Assembly (NCBI GenBank): GCA_963774265.1
Contig: CAVZDU010000007.1
Coordinates: 256,001 to 320,000, forward strand
DNA: 64,000 nt
Direction: 5' to 3'
Origin: an uncultured Chloroflexia bacterium
GTDB taxonomy: Bacteria; Chloroflexota; Anaerolineae; CG2-30-64-16
Part shown: positions 53,764 to 64,000 of the stretch, in pieces
How the letters are laid out: each line of letters opens with the position of its first letter
Position numbering within the stretch: the first letter of the stretch is position 1
Notes under the pieces: model-generated
The model's database searches: none
Told to the model about the DNA's origin: nothing
Seen by the model: the letters and a program-made list of their open reading frames with translations, nothing else
Made by a program: the position numbers and the translations under genes

Positions 53764-54709
53764 ATGACGATAGCGAGGAGTCTCTTGGCAGTGACATCTC
53801 GGGCGCAACCTCAGCGCCCGGACGGGCTTGAGCTGAGATTTACCCGTTGAAGCGACTCGTGCGGGTGGACCGCAGGGTTCTCGACCATCGGCTTCGTCCT
53901 GCTGATCTTTCTGTTCCTGCTGCGCGAGGGTATTCCGTTTTTCGTGGAGATCCTCGCTCGGCAAGCTCGTTGGCCGCGTTGGTACCCAACCTTTGATCTG
54001 TTCGGCATCCTGCCGTTGATCCTCGGTTCGATCCTGGTCACGATCACGGCGGTCCTGTTCGCGCTGCCTCTGGGCGTGGCGACGGCGGTCTTCGTGCGCG
54101 AGGTGGCCCCATCTGGGCGCGTGAGCATCCTCAAGCCTATGATCGAGGTGCTGGCAGGCATTCCATCGGTGGTGCTCGGCTTCTTCGGCATGACCATGGT
54201 CGCGCCCGCGATCCGGCGAGGGGCTTGGGCGCACCCACCGGGCTGACCGCGTTCACTGGCGCGCTGATCCTGGCCTACATGGCCCTGCCGACGATCATCA
54301 GCGTGGCCGAGGATGCGCTTGATGCGGTGCCGAAAGGCTATCGTGATGCGAGCCTCGCGATGGGCGCGACCCAGTGGCAGACGATCTGGCGCGTGGTCGT
54401 GCCGGCGGCCAAATCGGGCATCCTGACGGCGGTCATGCTCGGCATGGGACGGGCGATCGGCGAGACGATGGTGGTGATGATGGTGACGGGCAATGCGGCG
54501 CGCATGCCCACTACGCTCGACTCCCTGGTGCGACCGGTGCGCACCATGACCGCCACCATCGCCGCCGAGATGGGCGAGGTAGCCAGGGCAGCACCCACTA
54601 TCATGCCCTGTTCGGCATCGGGATCGTCCTGTTTCTGCTGACGTTCCTCATCAATCTGGTGGGCGCTTCCGCTATCTTCCGGAAGCGGCGGCGCGGAGGA
54701 TTACGCTGA
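53764..54709 (+). CDS. pstC: Phosphate ABC transporter permease PstC (frameshifted, start uncertain)
   Basis: FGILPLILGS, IEVLAGIPSVVLG, GMGRAIGETM, TMTATIAAEMGE. Confidence 0.88.
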
Positions 54710-55599
54710 TGCTGGAACTGCTCGCGTTCAACCCGCTAGCGCCAGCTCCGCACGGCGCTACCTGATCCAGCGCATCGGCTACGCGTTGTTGGTATTGGCT
54801 ACTCTGCTTGTGGTGATCCCCATCCTCTTCGTCATCGGAGCGATTGTCGTTCGGGGGTTGCCTGCTATCTCGCTGGGAGTTCATCTTCGGCAATGCCGAG
54901 CGACGGCATGAAGGCCGGCGGCATCTGGCCGGCCATCGTCGGCACGCTTCTTCTGACCGCCGGCACCGCCATCGTCGCCATCCCGATCGGGGTTGGTGGC
55001 GCCATTTACCTGTCCGAGTACGCGCGTGACAACCACGGTGACTCGTGCTATCCGTCTGGCCATCGTCAACCTGGCCGGTATCCCGTCAGTGGTCTACGGC
55101 CTGTTCGGGTTGGGCCTGTTCGTCCTGTTCTTGAATTTCGGTACATCGATTGTGGCCGGCGCGCTGACCCTGGCCATCATGACCCTGCCCATCATTATCA
55201 GCACGGCTGAGGAGGCGCTGCGCGCAGTGCCCGTCGAGTTCCGCACCGTGAGCGCGTCGCTTGGCGGCACACGTTGGCAGGGCATCCGCAACATCGTGCT
55301 GCCTCAGGCGCTGCCAGGCATCATCACCGGCGTGATCCTGGGCCTTCTGCGCGCGGCCGGCGAGACGGCGCCGATTCTGTTCACTGTGGCCGCCTTTTAT
55401 CTGCCCAGGCTGCCTCGCTCGCCATTCGACCAAACCATGGCCCTGCCGTACCATCTGTACGTCATCAGCACCCAGGTGCCTGGTATGCCGGAGCAGATCC
55501 AATACGGCACGGCGCTCGTGCTCCTGGTGTTGGTGCTGTCGCTGAACCTGTTGGCGACGTGTGATCCGCAACTTCTTCGGCGGCAAGCGCCAATGGTGA
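54709..55599 (+). CDS. pstA: Phosphate ABC transporter permease PstA (frameshifted)
   Basis: GGIWPAIVGT, NLAGIPSVVYGLFG, RAAGETAPIL, ALPYHLY. Confidence 0.9.
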
Positions 55600-55601
55600 C
55601 A

Positions 55602-56370
55602 ATGAACGACACCCAACCACGTCAAAATCCGTTTCGACCAGGTCTCGTACTTGTATGGCAGCAGCAGGTGCTGAAGGATGTCACTCTGGACGTTGCGGCC
55701 AACGCGGTGACCGTCTTTCTTGGCCCGGCAGGCAGCGGCAAATCGACCCTGCTGCGCCTGATCAACCGGCTCAACGACCTGCTCGACGACACGCGGCTGG
55801 CGGGCCAGATCACCATCGATGGCGAGGATATTTACGGCCGTGGCCTTTCAGTGCCGCAGCTCCGCCGCCGGGTGGGCATGGTATTTGCCCTGCCTTTGCC
55901 GCTGCCGGGTACGATCCGTGAGAATATCATCTATGGTCCCCGGCTGGCTGGCGTACGTGATCGGGCGCGGCTGGAGGAGACGGTTGTGCGCTGTCTGACA
56001 CAGGCGGCCCTGTGGGACGAGGTCAAGGATCGGCTCGACCAGCCGTCCATCTCCCTGTCCGGTGGGCAGCAGCAGCGACTTGTGCATCGCTCGCAGTCTG
56101 GCGCTTGAACCGGAGGTGCTGCTTCTCGACGAGCCAACCTCCGGCCTCGACCCCATCTCCACAGGCAAGGTCGAAGAGTCGCTGCTCGACGCTGAAAAGA
56201 CATACACGATCATCATCGTGCCGCACAGCGTCCAACAGGCTGCGCGTGTGGCTGACGATGCGGCGTTCTTTCTTCTCGGCGATCTGGTGGAGCATCAGGA
56301 GGGTCGCGAGTTGTTCACTTCGCCGAAAGACAAGCGGACCGAGGATTACATTACCGGGCGTTTTGGGTGA
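55602..56370 (+). CDS. pstB: Phosphate ABC transporter ATPase, copy 1 (frameshifted)
   Basis: [43 protein letters not shown]. Confidence 0.88.
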
Positions 56371-56373
56371 GTC

Positions 56374-57148
56374 ATGGCCAATATCGACGTAGAGCATCTG
56401 AATTTCTATCTACGGCCCCAAGAAGGCCCTGACCGATGTGAACCTTAAGGTGCCCGAGCGCAAGATCACCGCGCTGATTGGCCCTTCGGGTTGTGGCAAG
56501 TCCACGTTTTTGCGTTGTCTCAACCGCATGAATGACACGATCAAGGGCACACGCGCCGAGGGCAGCGTACGCCTGGAGGGTCAAGACATCTACGCGGCCA
56601 CTACAGACGTGGTGGACCTTCGCCGGCGAGTCGGTATGGTGTTTCAGCGTCCTAATCCGTTCCCTCAGTCTGTGTTCGATAATGTTGCGTTCGGACCTCG
56701 AGTGCTTGGCACCAGCTCTCGGAATGAAATTGCCGACATCGTGGAGCAGAGCCTGCGCGACGTGCGATCTTTGGGATGAGGTTAAGGACGGTCTGAACAA
56801 GGACGCCTTGAGGTACTCTCTGGGCCAGCAGCAACGCTTGTGCATCGCGCGTGTCATTGCAGTCAAGCCCGAAGTCATCCTGATGGACGAGCCTGCGTCC
56901 GGCGCTCGACCCGATCAGCACCCTGCAGCATCGAAGATCTGATGCGCAGGCTCTCTGAAAACTACACGATCGTCATCGTCACGCACAACATGCAGCAGGC
57001 CGCGCGGGCATCGGATATCACTGCCATGATGATGTTGACGGATGACAAGAAGTCCGGCACGGTGATCGAAGTTGGTCCAACCAGCGATATCTTCCTGCAG
57101 CCGAAGGATAAGCGGACCGAGGGCTACGTCACCGGGCGTTACGGTTGA
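56374..57148 (+). CDS. pstB: Phosphate ABC transporter ATPase, copy 2 (frameshifted)
   Basis: [48 protein letters not shown]. Confidence 0.9.
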
Positions 57149-57154
57149 TCTGAT

Positions 57155-58888
57155 ATGACCGCTCTCAAACGGCTCTTGCGCTATCTGCGTCCTTATTGGC
57201 GCAGGCTCGTGGTTACAACCTTCCTGGTGTTCCTCAATACGGGCATCGGGCTCCTGCCGCCCCTATTCCAACGCTCGATTGTCGACGACGCGATCGGACG
57301 GCAGCAGCTTCATCTGGTCGTCCCGTTGATGGGCGGCCTGGTCGTCGTGTACGCGCTTGGCGGCCTGACCGAGTTCGGGGACCAATTCCTGCGCCATACG
57401 ATCGGTGAGCGCTTCCTTTACGACCTGCGCGTCCGGCTCTACGACCACCTGCAGCGGCTGTCCTTGTCATTCTTCGAGCGGACCTCGACCGGCGAGCTGA
57501 TGTCGCGGGTGAGCAACGACGTGAACGCGTTGGAGCAATTCATCACCCACGGCACCATTCTCACGGCGGTGGCGTTTGTGCGGCTCTTCGGCGCTACGAT
57601 TATCCTGCTGACCCTCGAATGGCGGCTGGCACTCCTCTCGCTGCTGCCGGTCCCACTGATCGCATTGGGCCTCCGCTGGTTCAACCGTCGCGCCCGTCCC
57701 ATTTATCGCAGGGTGCGCGACCGGCTGGGCGACATCAACGCACGGCTTCAGGACGATTTGGCCGGCATCCGTGTCATCCAGGCGTTCGGACAGGAAGCTG
57801 TGGAGCTCGAACGGTTTCGCAGCGTGAGCGCCACCTACATGGGCGAGCGAATTGCGTCCATCAAGACCTGGTCGACGTTCTTTCCTGCGCTGGGCTTTCT
57901 TTCCAACCTTGGTGGCGTGCTAGTGCTCGGCGCGGGGGCGTATATGGTCGTGCAAGGGCAGGTCACTCTCGGCACCCTGGTTGCGTTCTTGTCCTACATC
58001 GTGGCCTTCTACGAACCAATTCGCCGTCTGACAGACATCGACAACATCATTCAGCAGGCTGGGGCTGCAGGCGACCGCATATTTGAGCTACTCGATGAGA
58101 CGCCGGACATCCGAGACGCAGATGATGCGGTGGCGGTGCACAATGTACGGGGTGAGGTGCAATTCGAGAACGTCCATTTTGACTACGGCGACGGCGAAGA
58201 GGTGCTCCACGACGTGAATTTCCACGTGCAGCCAGGAGAGGTGGTCGCGTTGGTGGGTCCCAGCGGCGCCGGCAAAACGAGCATCGCTAACCTGCTGTGT
58301 CGTTTCTACGACCCGACGCACGGCCGGGTTTTGCTCGACGGCCACGACTTGCGCGGCGTGCAGATCGATTCTCTGCGCCAGCACGTCGCTGTCGTCCTTC
58401 AGGATACCTTTCTCTTCAACGGCAGCGTCCGTCGCAACCTGCTGTACGGCAAGCCCCACGCGACCGAAGCGGAGTTGTTTGCTGCCGCCCAGGCCGCGTA
58501 TGCCCACGATTTCATATTGTCCCTGCCCGAGGGGTATGATACAGAGATTGGCGAACGAGGTGTGAAGCTGAGCGGCGGACAGCGCCAGCGTCTTGCACTT
58601 GCGCGTGCCATCCTGGCCGACCCGCGCGTCCTGATTCTTGATGAGGCCACCTCATCTGTGGACGCGGAAGCGGAATACCTGATTCAACAGGCATTGGAGG
58701 AGGTGCTCAAGGGCCGCACCGCGCTGGTGATCGCTCATCGTCTCAGCACCATCCGCAATGCAGACAAAATCATCGCGCTGGAAAACGGCCGAATTCGGGA
58801 GGTCGGCAACCACAGCGAGTTGCTGGCGCGCAATGGGCTGTACAGCAAGCTGTATCAGCGACAGATGGAGTTGTCCGCCGAAAATTGA
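57155..58888 (+). CDS. ABC exporter, fused permease/ATPase (MsbA/MdlA-like)
   Basis: TM domain plus GPSGAGKT, LSGGQRQR, LDEATSSVD, IAHRLSTI. Confidence 0.95.
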   Translation: MTALKRLLRYLRPYWRRLVVTTFLVFLNTGIGLLPPLFQRSIVDDAIGRQQLHLVVPLMGGLVVVYALGGLTEFGDQFLRHTIGERFLYDLRVRLYDHLQRLSLSFFERTSTGELMSRVSNDVNALEQFITHGTILTAVAFVRLFGATIILLTLEWRLALLSLLPVPLIALGLRWFNRRARPIYRRVRDRLGDINARLQDDLAGIRVIQAFGQEAVELERFRSVSATYMGERIASIKTWSTFFPALGFLSNLGGVLVLGAGAYMVVQGQVTLGTLVAFLSYIVAFYEPIRRLTDIDNIIQQAGAAGDRIFELLDETPDIRDADDAVAVHNVRGEVQFENVHFDYGDGEEVLHDVNFHVQPGEVVALVGPSGAGKTSIANLLCRFYDPTHGRVLLDGHDLRGVQIDSLRQHVAVVLQDTFLFNGSVRRNLLYGKPHATEAELFAAAQAAYAHDFILSLPEGYDTEIGERGVKLSGGQRQRLALARAILADPRVLILDEATSSVDAEAEYLIQQALEEVLKGRTALVIAHRLSTIRNADKIIALENGRIREVGNHSELLARNGLYSKLYQRQMELSAEN

Positions 58889-58960
58889 GTTAGCATCAAT
58901 CGTCGAACGTGCGTTGGTCCGCCGGTCGTGATCGACCTGTAGTGAGAGGATCCTTACTTC

Positions 58961-60023
58961 ATGGACGTAATACTGACGGTCGCATTATTCTTGCCGATAT
59001 TGGTAGTTCTTTGGTTGGCCAATCTCAGCCACCGCAAACGCGTTGAGGGCGATCTACGCAGCGAGCGCACCCTTAAGATGCTCAGTTATGGCTTGCTGTT
59101 CCTGCTGTATGGGGGCCTGCTGTTCTTTGGGCTCATGTTCATGGGCATCGGCATGCTGGCCTCTTTCGCGCCGCAGGCGTTCGGAGCAGTTGATCTTGCC
59201 TCGCTGGGCTTTCAGACCGAGCGACTTCCTTGGATGGGAGCAGCGCTGCTCGTGCTGTCTCTGGTTGGGCTGTTGCTGCTGACACGGCCGGCACGGCGCC
59301 TGTTCGCCCGTTTTACGCCGATCGACCCATCTCACCCGGTGCACGCAGTGGCGCTGTCCATGACAGCCCTGGTACTGATCAATCTGGCGTTCACCGTGGC
59401 AGTCGGCCTGGATAACCTCGCCGACATGCTCCAGACCAGCGCGGCAAGCCGGCGTGCAATCCAACCCGGCGCCCGGACTTTGGGCGCAGAACATTACCTT
59501 TGTTTTGATGGGGTTGATCGGTGTGGGCCTGTTTTCCCGTCGGGGCATCGGCGCAGCCCTGACCCGGCTCGGCATCGTCGTGCCATCAATTGGCCAGGTT
59601 ATCCTGGGTGTAGTCGTCGCGCTTGTTATGGTGCCCTTGGTCATTCTGGCGGAATCGTTTGCAAGTCAATTGGGGCTGGGCGCCAGCGAGGGCGTGCAGC
59701 GGCTCACCGAGCAGCTCATCGGCCCTTTGACGATGTCCATCCCGGGCATTCTGACGCTGGGCCTTGCCGCCGCGCTGGGTGAAGAGACGGTCTTTCGCGG
59801 TGCGCTCCAGTCCCGTTTTGGCCTTCTTTTCACGACTTTGCTCTTTGCATTGCTCCACAGCCAATACGGTCTCAGCTTTTCAACGGTTGCGGTTTTCCTG
59901 GTGGGCCTGGTGCTGGGGATTCTGCGACAGCGAGCAAACACGACGACCGCGATGATCACGCATGCGGTGTACAACATGTCGCTGGGGCTGATTTCGTTCT
60001 TGGGCTTGATGCAGAATATATAG
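58961..60023 (+). CDS. CPBP (CAAX protease/Abi) family intramembrane metalloprotease (one frameshift)
   Basis: Multi-TM protein with EETVFRG, FALLH and HAVYN motifs. Confidence 0.88.
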
Positions 60024-60028
60024 GCCGT

Positions 60029-60057
60029 GTATGGCCGGATTTGGGGCCCGGCCATAC
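60029..60057. terminator. Hairpin between convergent genes
   Basis: GTATGGCCGG-9 nt-CCGGCCATAC, a perfect 10-bp stem. Confidence 0.55.
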
Positions 60058-60065
60058 CTCTTCCT

Positions 60066-60908
60066 CTAGAACAACACCGATGCCAGTTTGGCGCGATATT
60101 CCCGTACCAATGTGTGCTCGTCACCGAGCACAGTGAAGATCGCCAGCATCACCTGCCGCGCTTCGCCGTTTCGGAACCGCTTGTCGCGGCGCAGCACATC
60201 GAGCAGCGCATCCATCGCGCCGCGGAAGTCTCCGCTCGCGATCTTTTGTCCCGCGGTATGATACATGCCATCGAGCCCACCCGCACCATTCGTGGCGGTG
60301 GTCGCTTCAAGCAACAATGCGGCCAGTGGTCGCAGTGCGGTTGCTTGCGCCAATTCGGGACCGTCGGTCACTTTGTCGAGGATCTCGTTCGCCTCTGTTG
60401 CTCTGCCCTGGGCCAGGAGCGCCCGCGCCAGGCTCAGCTTCAGAGAAGGCTCCGCTCCGTTGGTCGCGCCCATCTGGCGCAAGGCCATCTCAGCCTCGAT
60501 CCACTTGCCCTGGGCCAGCAGCGCACCCGGCTCGGGAGCCGCTGGTCCGGCCTCGCCGGTCCCGACCCGCACGCCAAGCTTCTGCAAGAACGCCCGAACC
60601 TGGGGCTCAGGCACGGCGCCGACAAATTCGGCGGCCATCTTGCCGTCTTTGAAGCCCTTGACTGCCGGTATACCCTGGATGCCGTAGCGCATCGCTACTT
60701 GTTGGTTTTCATCCGTGTCCATCTTGGCCAGGAGAAATCCGCCCTTGAACTCGGCGACGAGCTTCTCCAGCACTGGCCCCAGCATCCGGCATGGACCACA
60801 CCAAGGCGCCCAGAAATCCACCACTACAGGCGTCTGCCGGGAGCGCTGAACCACATCCGCTTCGAAGGTTGCATCGGTAACGTCTATCACGAACTCCGAT
60901 TTCGCCAT
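60066..60908 (-). CDS. Thioredoxin-TPR chaperedoxin (YbbN/CnoX-like)
   Basis: DFWAPWCGPC thioredoxin domain followed by a TPR region ending in YRAKLASVLF. Confidence 0.9.
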   Translation of the reverse strand: MAKSEFVIDVTDATFEADVVQRSRQTPVVVDFWAPWCGPCRMLGPVLEKLVAEFKGGFLLAKMDTDENQQVAMRYGIQGIPAVKGFKDGKMAAEFVGAVPEPQVRAFLQKLGVRVGTGEAGPAAPEPGALLAQGKWIEAEMALRQMGATNGAEPSLKLSLARALLAQGRATEANEILDKVTDGPELAQATALRPLAALLLEATTATNGAGGLDGMYHTAGQKIASGDFRGAMDALLDVLRRDKRFRNGEARQVMLAIFTVLGDEHTLVREYRAKLASVLF

Positions 60909-61114
60909 AAGTATCCCTCACCTCAAGAAAGTGCATGCTGGAAGGCCACCATATACCATCATGATAGCCTGAATCGCCTGTTCCGCCAACCTCATCGATC
61001 CTCTTTGGTTGGATGCGATCCGGAGAGTCAGGGTTACGGGGGCGCGGTACTCTGGGCTGGCGCACGAAAGGGGCGCAAGTTGACAGGTGCGGGCTAATGC
61101 GGACAATGAAGGAT

Positions 61115-61681
61115 ATGGAGACGATCTCACTGTCGGCAGCGCAGGTGACGCTTCTGGTAAGCCAGCTCTCCTCCGTTTACCGAGCAGCCTTTGCCGGAGA
61201 GCCGTATCATCGGCAGGCCGAGGAAGTCGCCGAGTTTGCGCGGGCGCTTCCTGCGCACACGCAGCGTCCGGATTTTCGTTGCGTCGGCGCGCTGAGTGTA
61301 GACAGCGGGGAAATTGTCGGTTTCGCTTACGGCTACCGCAGCCTGCCGGGCCAGTGGTGGTACGATCATGTGGCGCACCGTCTGGGCAGTGAGTTGGCGG
61401 CCGACTGGCTGGCCGATGCGTTCCAGGTTGCTGAGGTCGCTGTCATGCCGGCATTTCAGGGCAAGGGCGTGGGGGGCACTTTGCACGATCTCCTGCTCAC
61501 TGGGCGGACGCAAGGCCGTGCAGTGCTGTCCACGCTGGACGCCGAGACCGCCGCCACCCGTCTTTACCGTCGCCGCGGTTGGCAAGAGTTGCTCAAGGGC
61601 TTTCAATTTCCGGGCGTATCACGCTCTTATCAGATCATGGGCTTGGACCTTCACTCTTCCGACCCAAAGGGGATCCTGTGA
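61115..61681 (+). CDS. GNAT acetyltransferase
   Basis: VGFAYG, EVAVMPAFQGKGVG, LYRRRGW. Confidence 0.88.
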   Translation: METISLSAAQVTLLVSQLSSVYRAAFAGEPYHRQAEEVAEFARALPAHTQRPDFRCVGALSVDSGEIVGFAYGYRSLPGQWWYDHVAHRLGSELAADWLADAFQVAEVAVMPAFQGKGVGGTLHDLLLTGRTQGRAVLSTLDAETAATRLYRRRGWQELLKGFQFPGVSRSYQIMGLDLHSSDPKGIL

Positions 61682-62475
61682 CTAATCTACGTGACATAAA
61701 ACACCTCGTCATCGATATGGACGGTGTGCTCTATCGGGGCGCTGAGCCCCTGCCGTGCCTGCCCGCGTTTATTGAGTTTCTGCGCGACCGGGGCATTGGC
61801 TTCGTGATGGCGACGAACAATTCGGGCAGCACGCCAGCGCAATACGCTGCGAAGCTTGGGAAGATGGGGGCCCGGGTGAAGCCGGACGAAATCATGACCT
61901 CAGGCACGGCGACAACTACGTGGCTGGCAGGGAGATATGAGCCGGGCACGCGCGTGCACGTCTTCGGGGAGGATTCGCTGCGCACCGCGATGACCGAAGC
62001 CGGCTTCGTGCTCGCCGATGAGGATGTGCAGGTTGTGGCCGCCAGCATCGACTGGGGCGTCACTTACGATAAGATCAAGCGTGCCGCGGTTCTGATTCGC
62101 CACGGTGCGGCCTTTGTTGCCACGAACCTGGATCCCACCCGACCGACTGAGGAAGGCCTGGTGCCCGGCACTGGCGCATTGATCGCCGCTATCGAGGTCG
62201 GCGCGGGCGTCAAGCCCGTAGCGATCGGCAAGCCCGAACCCACGATGTTTCAAATGGCCATGGCGCAGATGGGGGCACGGCCTGAGTCTACGGCCACACT
62301 CGGTGACCGCATCGACACCGATATGGAAGGCGGCAAGCGTGCCGGCCTCCACACTATTCTGGTGCTCTCCGGCTCGACGGACCGGGATGAAGCCGAGGCC
62401 TATGGCCCCGACTTCATCTTCGAGGACATTGCTGACCTGCTCGGGCATTGGCAGCGTGTTTTGCCTGGTGGCTAA
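61678..62475 (+). CDS. HAD-IIA hydrolase (NagD-like)
   Basis: DMDGVLY, TNNS, ATNLD, IGKPEP, GDRIDTD, VLSG. Confidence 0.92.
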   Translation: MTNLRDIKHLVIDMDGVLYRGAEPLPCLPAFIEFLRDRGIGFVMATNNSGSTPAQYAAKLGKMGARVKPDEIMTSGTATTTWLAGRYEPGTRVHVFGEDSLRTAMTEAGFVLADEDVQVVAASIDWGVTYDKIKRAAVLIRHGAAFVATNLDPTRPTEEGLVPGTGALIAAIEVGAGVKPVAIGKPEPTMFQMAMAQMGARPESTATLGDRIDTDMEGGKRAGLHTILVLSGSTDRDEAEAYGPDFIFEDIADLLGHWQRVLPGG

Positions 62476-63584
62476 GCATTCGGGTCGAATATGATGACGT
62501 CGTAGCTGAAAGAGCGCAGCGTTTCGCCCAACTTCACATTACCGATCGTCACGTGATAGACCGTGTCGCCCGCTGGCTGGGGCCAATTCGCACTATCCGC
62601 CAGTCCGAACGGGATCCAGACCAGGGTATTCTCCCCGTATTGCTGGTCCAACAGCGCGATCGATACCGGCACAGGGTCGCCGCCTGGATCGGTCATGCTG
62701 ACTGTCGACTGGTCGAAGTTGGCGCCAGGATAGGCGAACGACCAACGCGCAAACACAACCTGATAGGGCACATATCCGGGAGGCGGCCAGGCCACGAAGC
62801 CGTCGCGCGTGGTCGGGCGCGGGGTCCAGAGATTCTCATCGAGTACCCAAAGCGCGTTGGCGTACGGATAATCGCCCGCCTGTGGGACATCGCCAGTTCC
62901 CATTTGACGCGTCTGCGGATAAAGCAGCCAACGCCGGTGGCGTACAGACCCATTCTCGGCGCCTCTATCGCGCATGTAGCCTCGGATCGCATCGGGCCCG
63001 AAGCCGTTAATCTGCAGATTCGAGCTCGTGAACGCTTCCACTCCCTCCGCTGAATAACACTTCCAACCAGGCGGCGGCGTATCCACCATCTGCCGGTTGA
63101 CATTGATCATCAGCGCGGCTACCTGATCTTTGCGGCTGTAGTTGATGTTGAACGTGATGACGGCCGGAACACCCGCCATGCCCCGGAAGTAGTTAATGCG
63201 CCGGAGAATGGCTGCCTTGAACTCGGGCTTCGTATCCCCTGGTGAACAGCTCTCCCGATTGCCTGACCACTGCGGATCGAAGTCCTCAGCTTGAACTTCG
63301 TGCTGCTCACGAAAGGCCCTGAGGGAGACCGCTTTGAAACTGGTGTCGATCCAGGGCGCAGGCTTGTGCACGAGTGGCATCAGCACGCAGTGCGCCGTGG
63401 TGCAGTCAACAGCGGGCGAAGCAGGTCTTGCGGCCGGCTCTGATGTGAGGGGAATCGTCCACGGGTTTTCCGTGCGCACCGGCGCCGAGCCGGGGATTCC
63501 GTCTTGAGCTGCTGCCGGCAGTACGGCGATCAGCAGAAGCATCAGGCCTAAACCTAAAATGAGATATCGTTTTGGACATATCAT
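62472..63584 (-). CDS. Secreted CAP/SCP-domain protein
   Basis: Signal peptide, RINYFRGMAG, HRRWLLYP..MGTG, AWPPPG..RWSF. Confidence 0.8.
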   Translation of the reverse strand: MICPKRYLILGLGLMLLLIAVLPAAAQDGIPGSAPVRTENPWTIPLTSEPAARPASPAVDCTTAHCVLMPLVHKPAPWIDTSFKAVSLRAFREQHEVQAEDFDPQWSGNRESCSPGDTKPEFKAAILRRINYFRGMAGVPAVITFNINYSRKDQVAALMINVNRQMVDTPPPGWKCYSAEGVEAFTSSNLQINGFGPDAIRGYMRDRGAENGSVRHRRWLLYPQTRQMGTGDVPQAGDYPYANALWVLDENLWTPRPTTRDGFVAWPPPGYVPYQVVFARWSFAYPGANFDQSTVSMTDPGGDPVPVSIALLDQQYGENTLVWIPFGLADSANWPQPAGDTVYHVTIGNVKLGETLRSFSYDVIIFDPNA

Positions 63585-63658
63585 TGATCTCTCCTTTGAT
63601 CCACCTTCGTAATGAGCGCGCCCACTGCACACTCAAGGATCAATCCGCCGGGGGGATT

Positions 63659-64000
63659 CTACGGCCTCACGAACTGGCGCTGGTATAATTCCCAGTAGAT
63701 CCCACCAGCGTCAAGAAGCTCCTCCTGGGTGCCGCGCTCGGTGATGCGTCCGTCCTGTATCACACAGATCAGGTCCGAATGACGAATGGTGCTCAGCCGG
63801 TGTGCAATTACCAGAGCTGTGCGATCCGTGAGCAGTCTATCCAAGGCATCCTGAATAAGCAACTCCGTCACCGTGTCCACGCTGGAGGTGGCCTCGTCCA
63901 GGATCAGGATGCGTGGTTGCGCCAGGATCGCCCGTGCGATACAGATGAGCTGCCGCTCGCCCGCCGACAGGTTCACCCCACCTTCCAGAACCTCCGTGGC
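63659..64000 (-). CDS. ABC transporter ATP-binding protein (3' part; runs off the window)
   Basis: LSAGERQL, ILDEATSSVD, IAHRLSTI. Confidence 0.92.
   Translation of the reverse strand, partial: ATEVLEGGVNLSAGERQLICIARAILAQPRILILDEATSSVDTVTELLIQDALDRLLTDRTALVIAHRLSTIRHSDLICVIQDGRITERGTQEELLDAGGIYWELYQRQFVRP

Noticed and set aside
58961-60023. 'Abi' protein as an abortive-infection system
   Set aside because: It has CPBP intramembrane protease motifs, the family name is historical, and the context is housekeeping.

Overview
GC-rich bacterial DNA. The gene content and style suggest Chloroflexota (Anaerolineae-like), but this is an inference. Many single-base frameshifts in otherwise intact genes point to an unpolished long-read consensus, so several CDS calls below join two or more ORF-track frames. 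The window has five parts. (1) 1-28.6 kb: one long co-directional uronic-acid glycan utilisation locus. It holds a hybrid kinase/AraC regulator, an Opp-family ABC importer, GH67, GH4, PL22, GH105, GH28, GH88, two Gfo/Idh/MocA dehydrogenases, an SDR, a flavin oxidoreductase, two large uncharacterised lyase-like proteins and a B12-binding radical SAM enzyme. (2) 28.7-35.5 kb: a minus-strand run of small detoxification/resistance-like genes plus RNase H. (3) 35.8-41.9 kb: a GH106-like gene, then two tandem integrase-less islets at tRNA-Asp, bounded by three copies of the tRNA 3' end plus terminator. They carry an ATPase-wHTH-nuclease gene behind a perfect 34-bp palindrome, gene debris, and an AT-richer orphan membrane protein. 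(4) 42-57 kb: housekeeping genes (coaBC and others) and a Pho locus (regulator/kinase, phoU, Pho-box array, pstSCABB). (5) 57-64 kb: assorted genes. I found no rRNA, CRISPR array, integrase or transposase.
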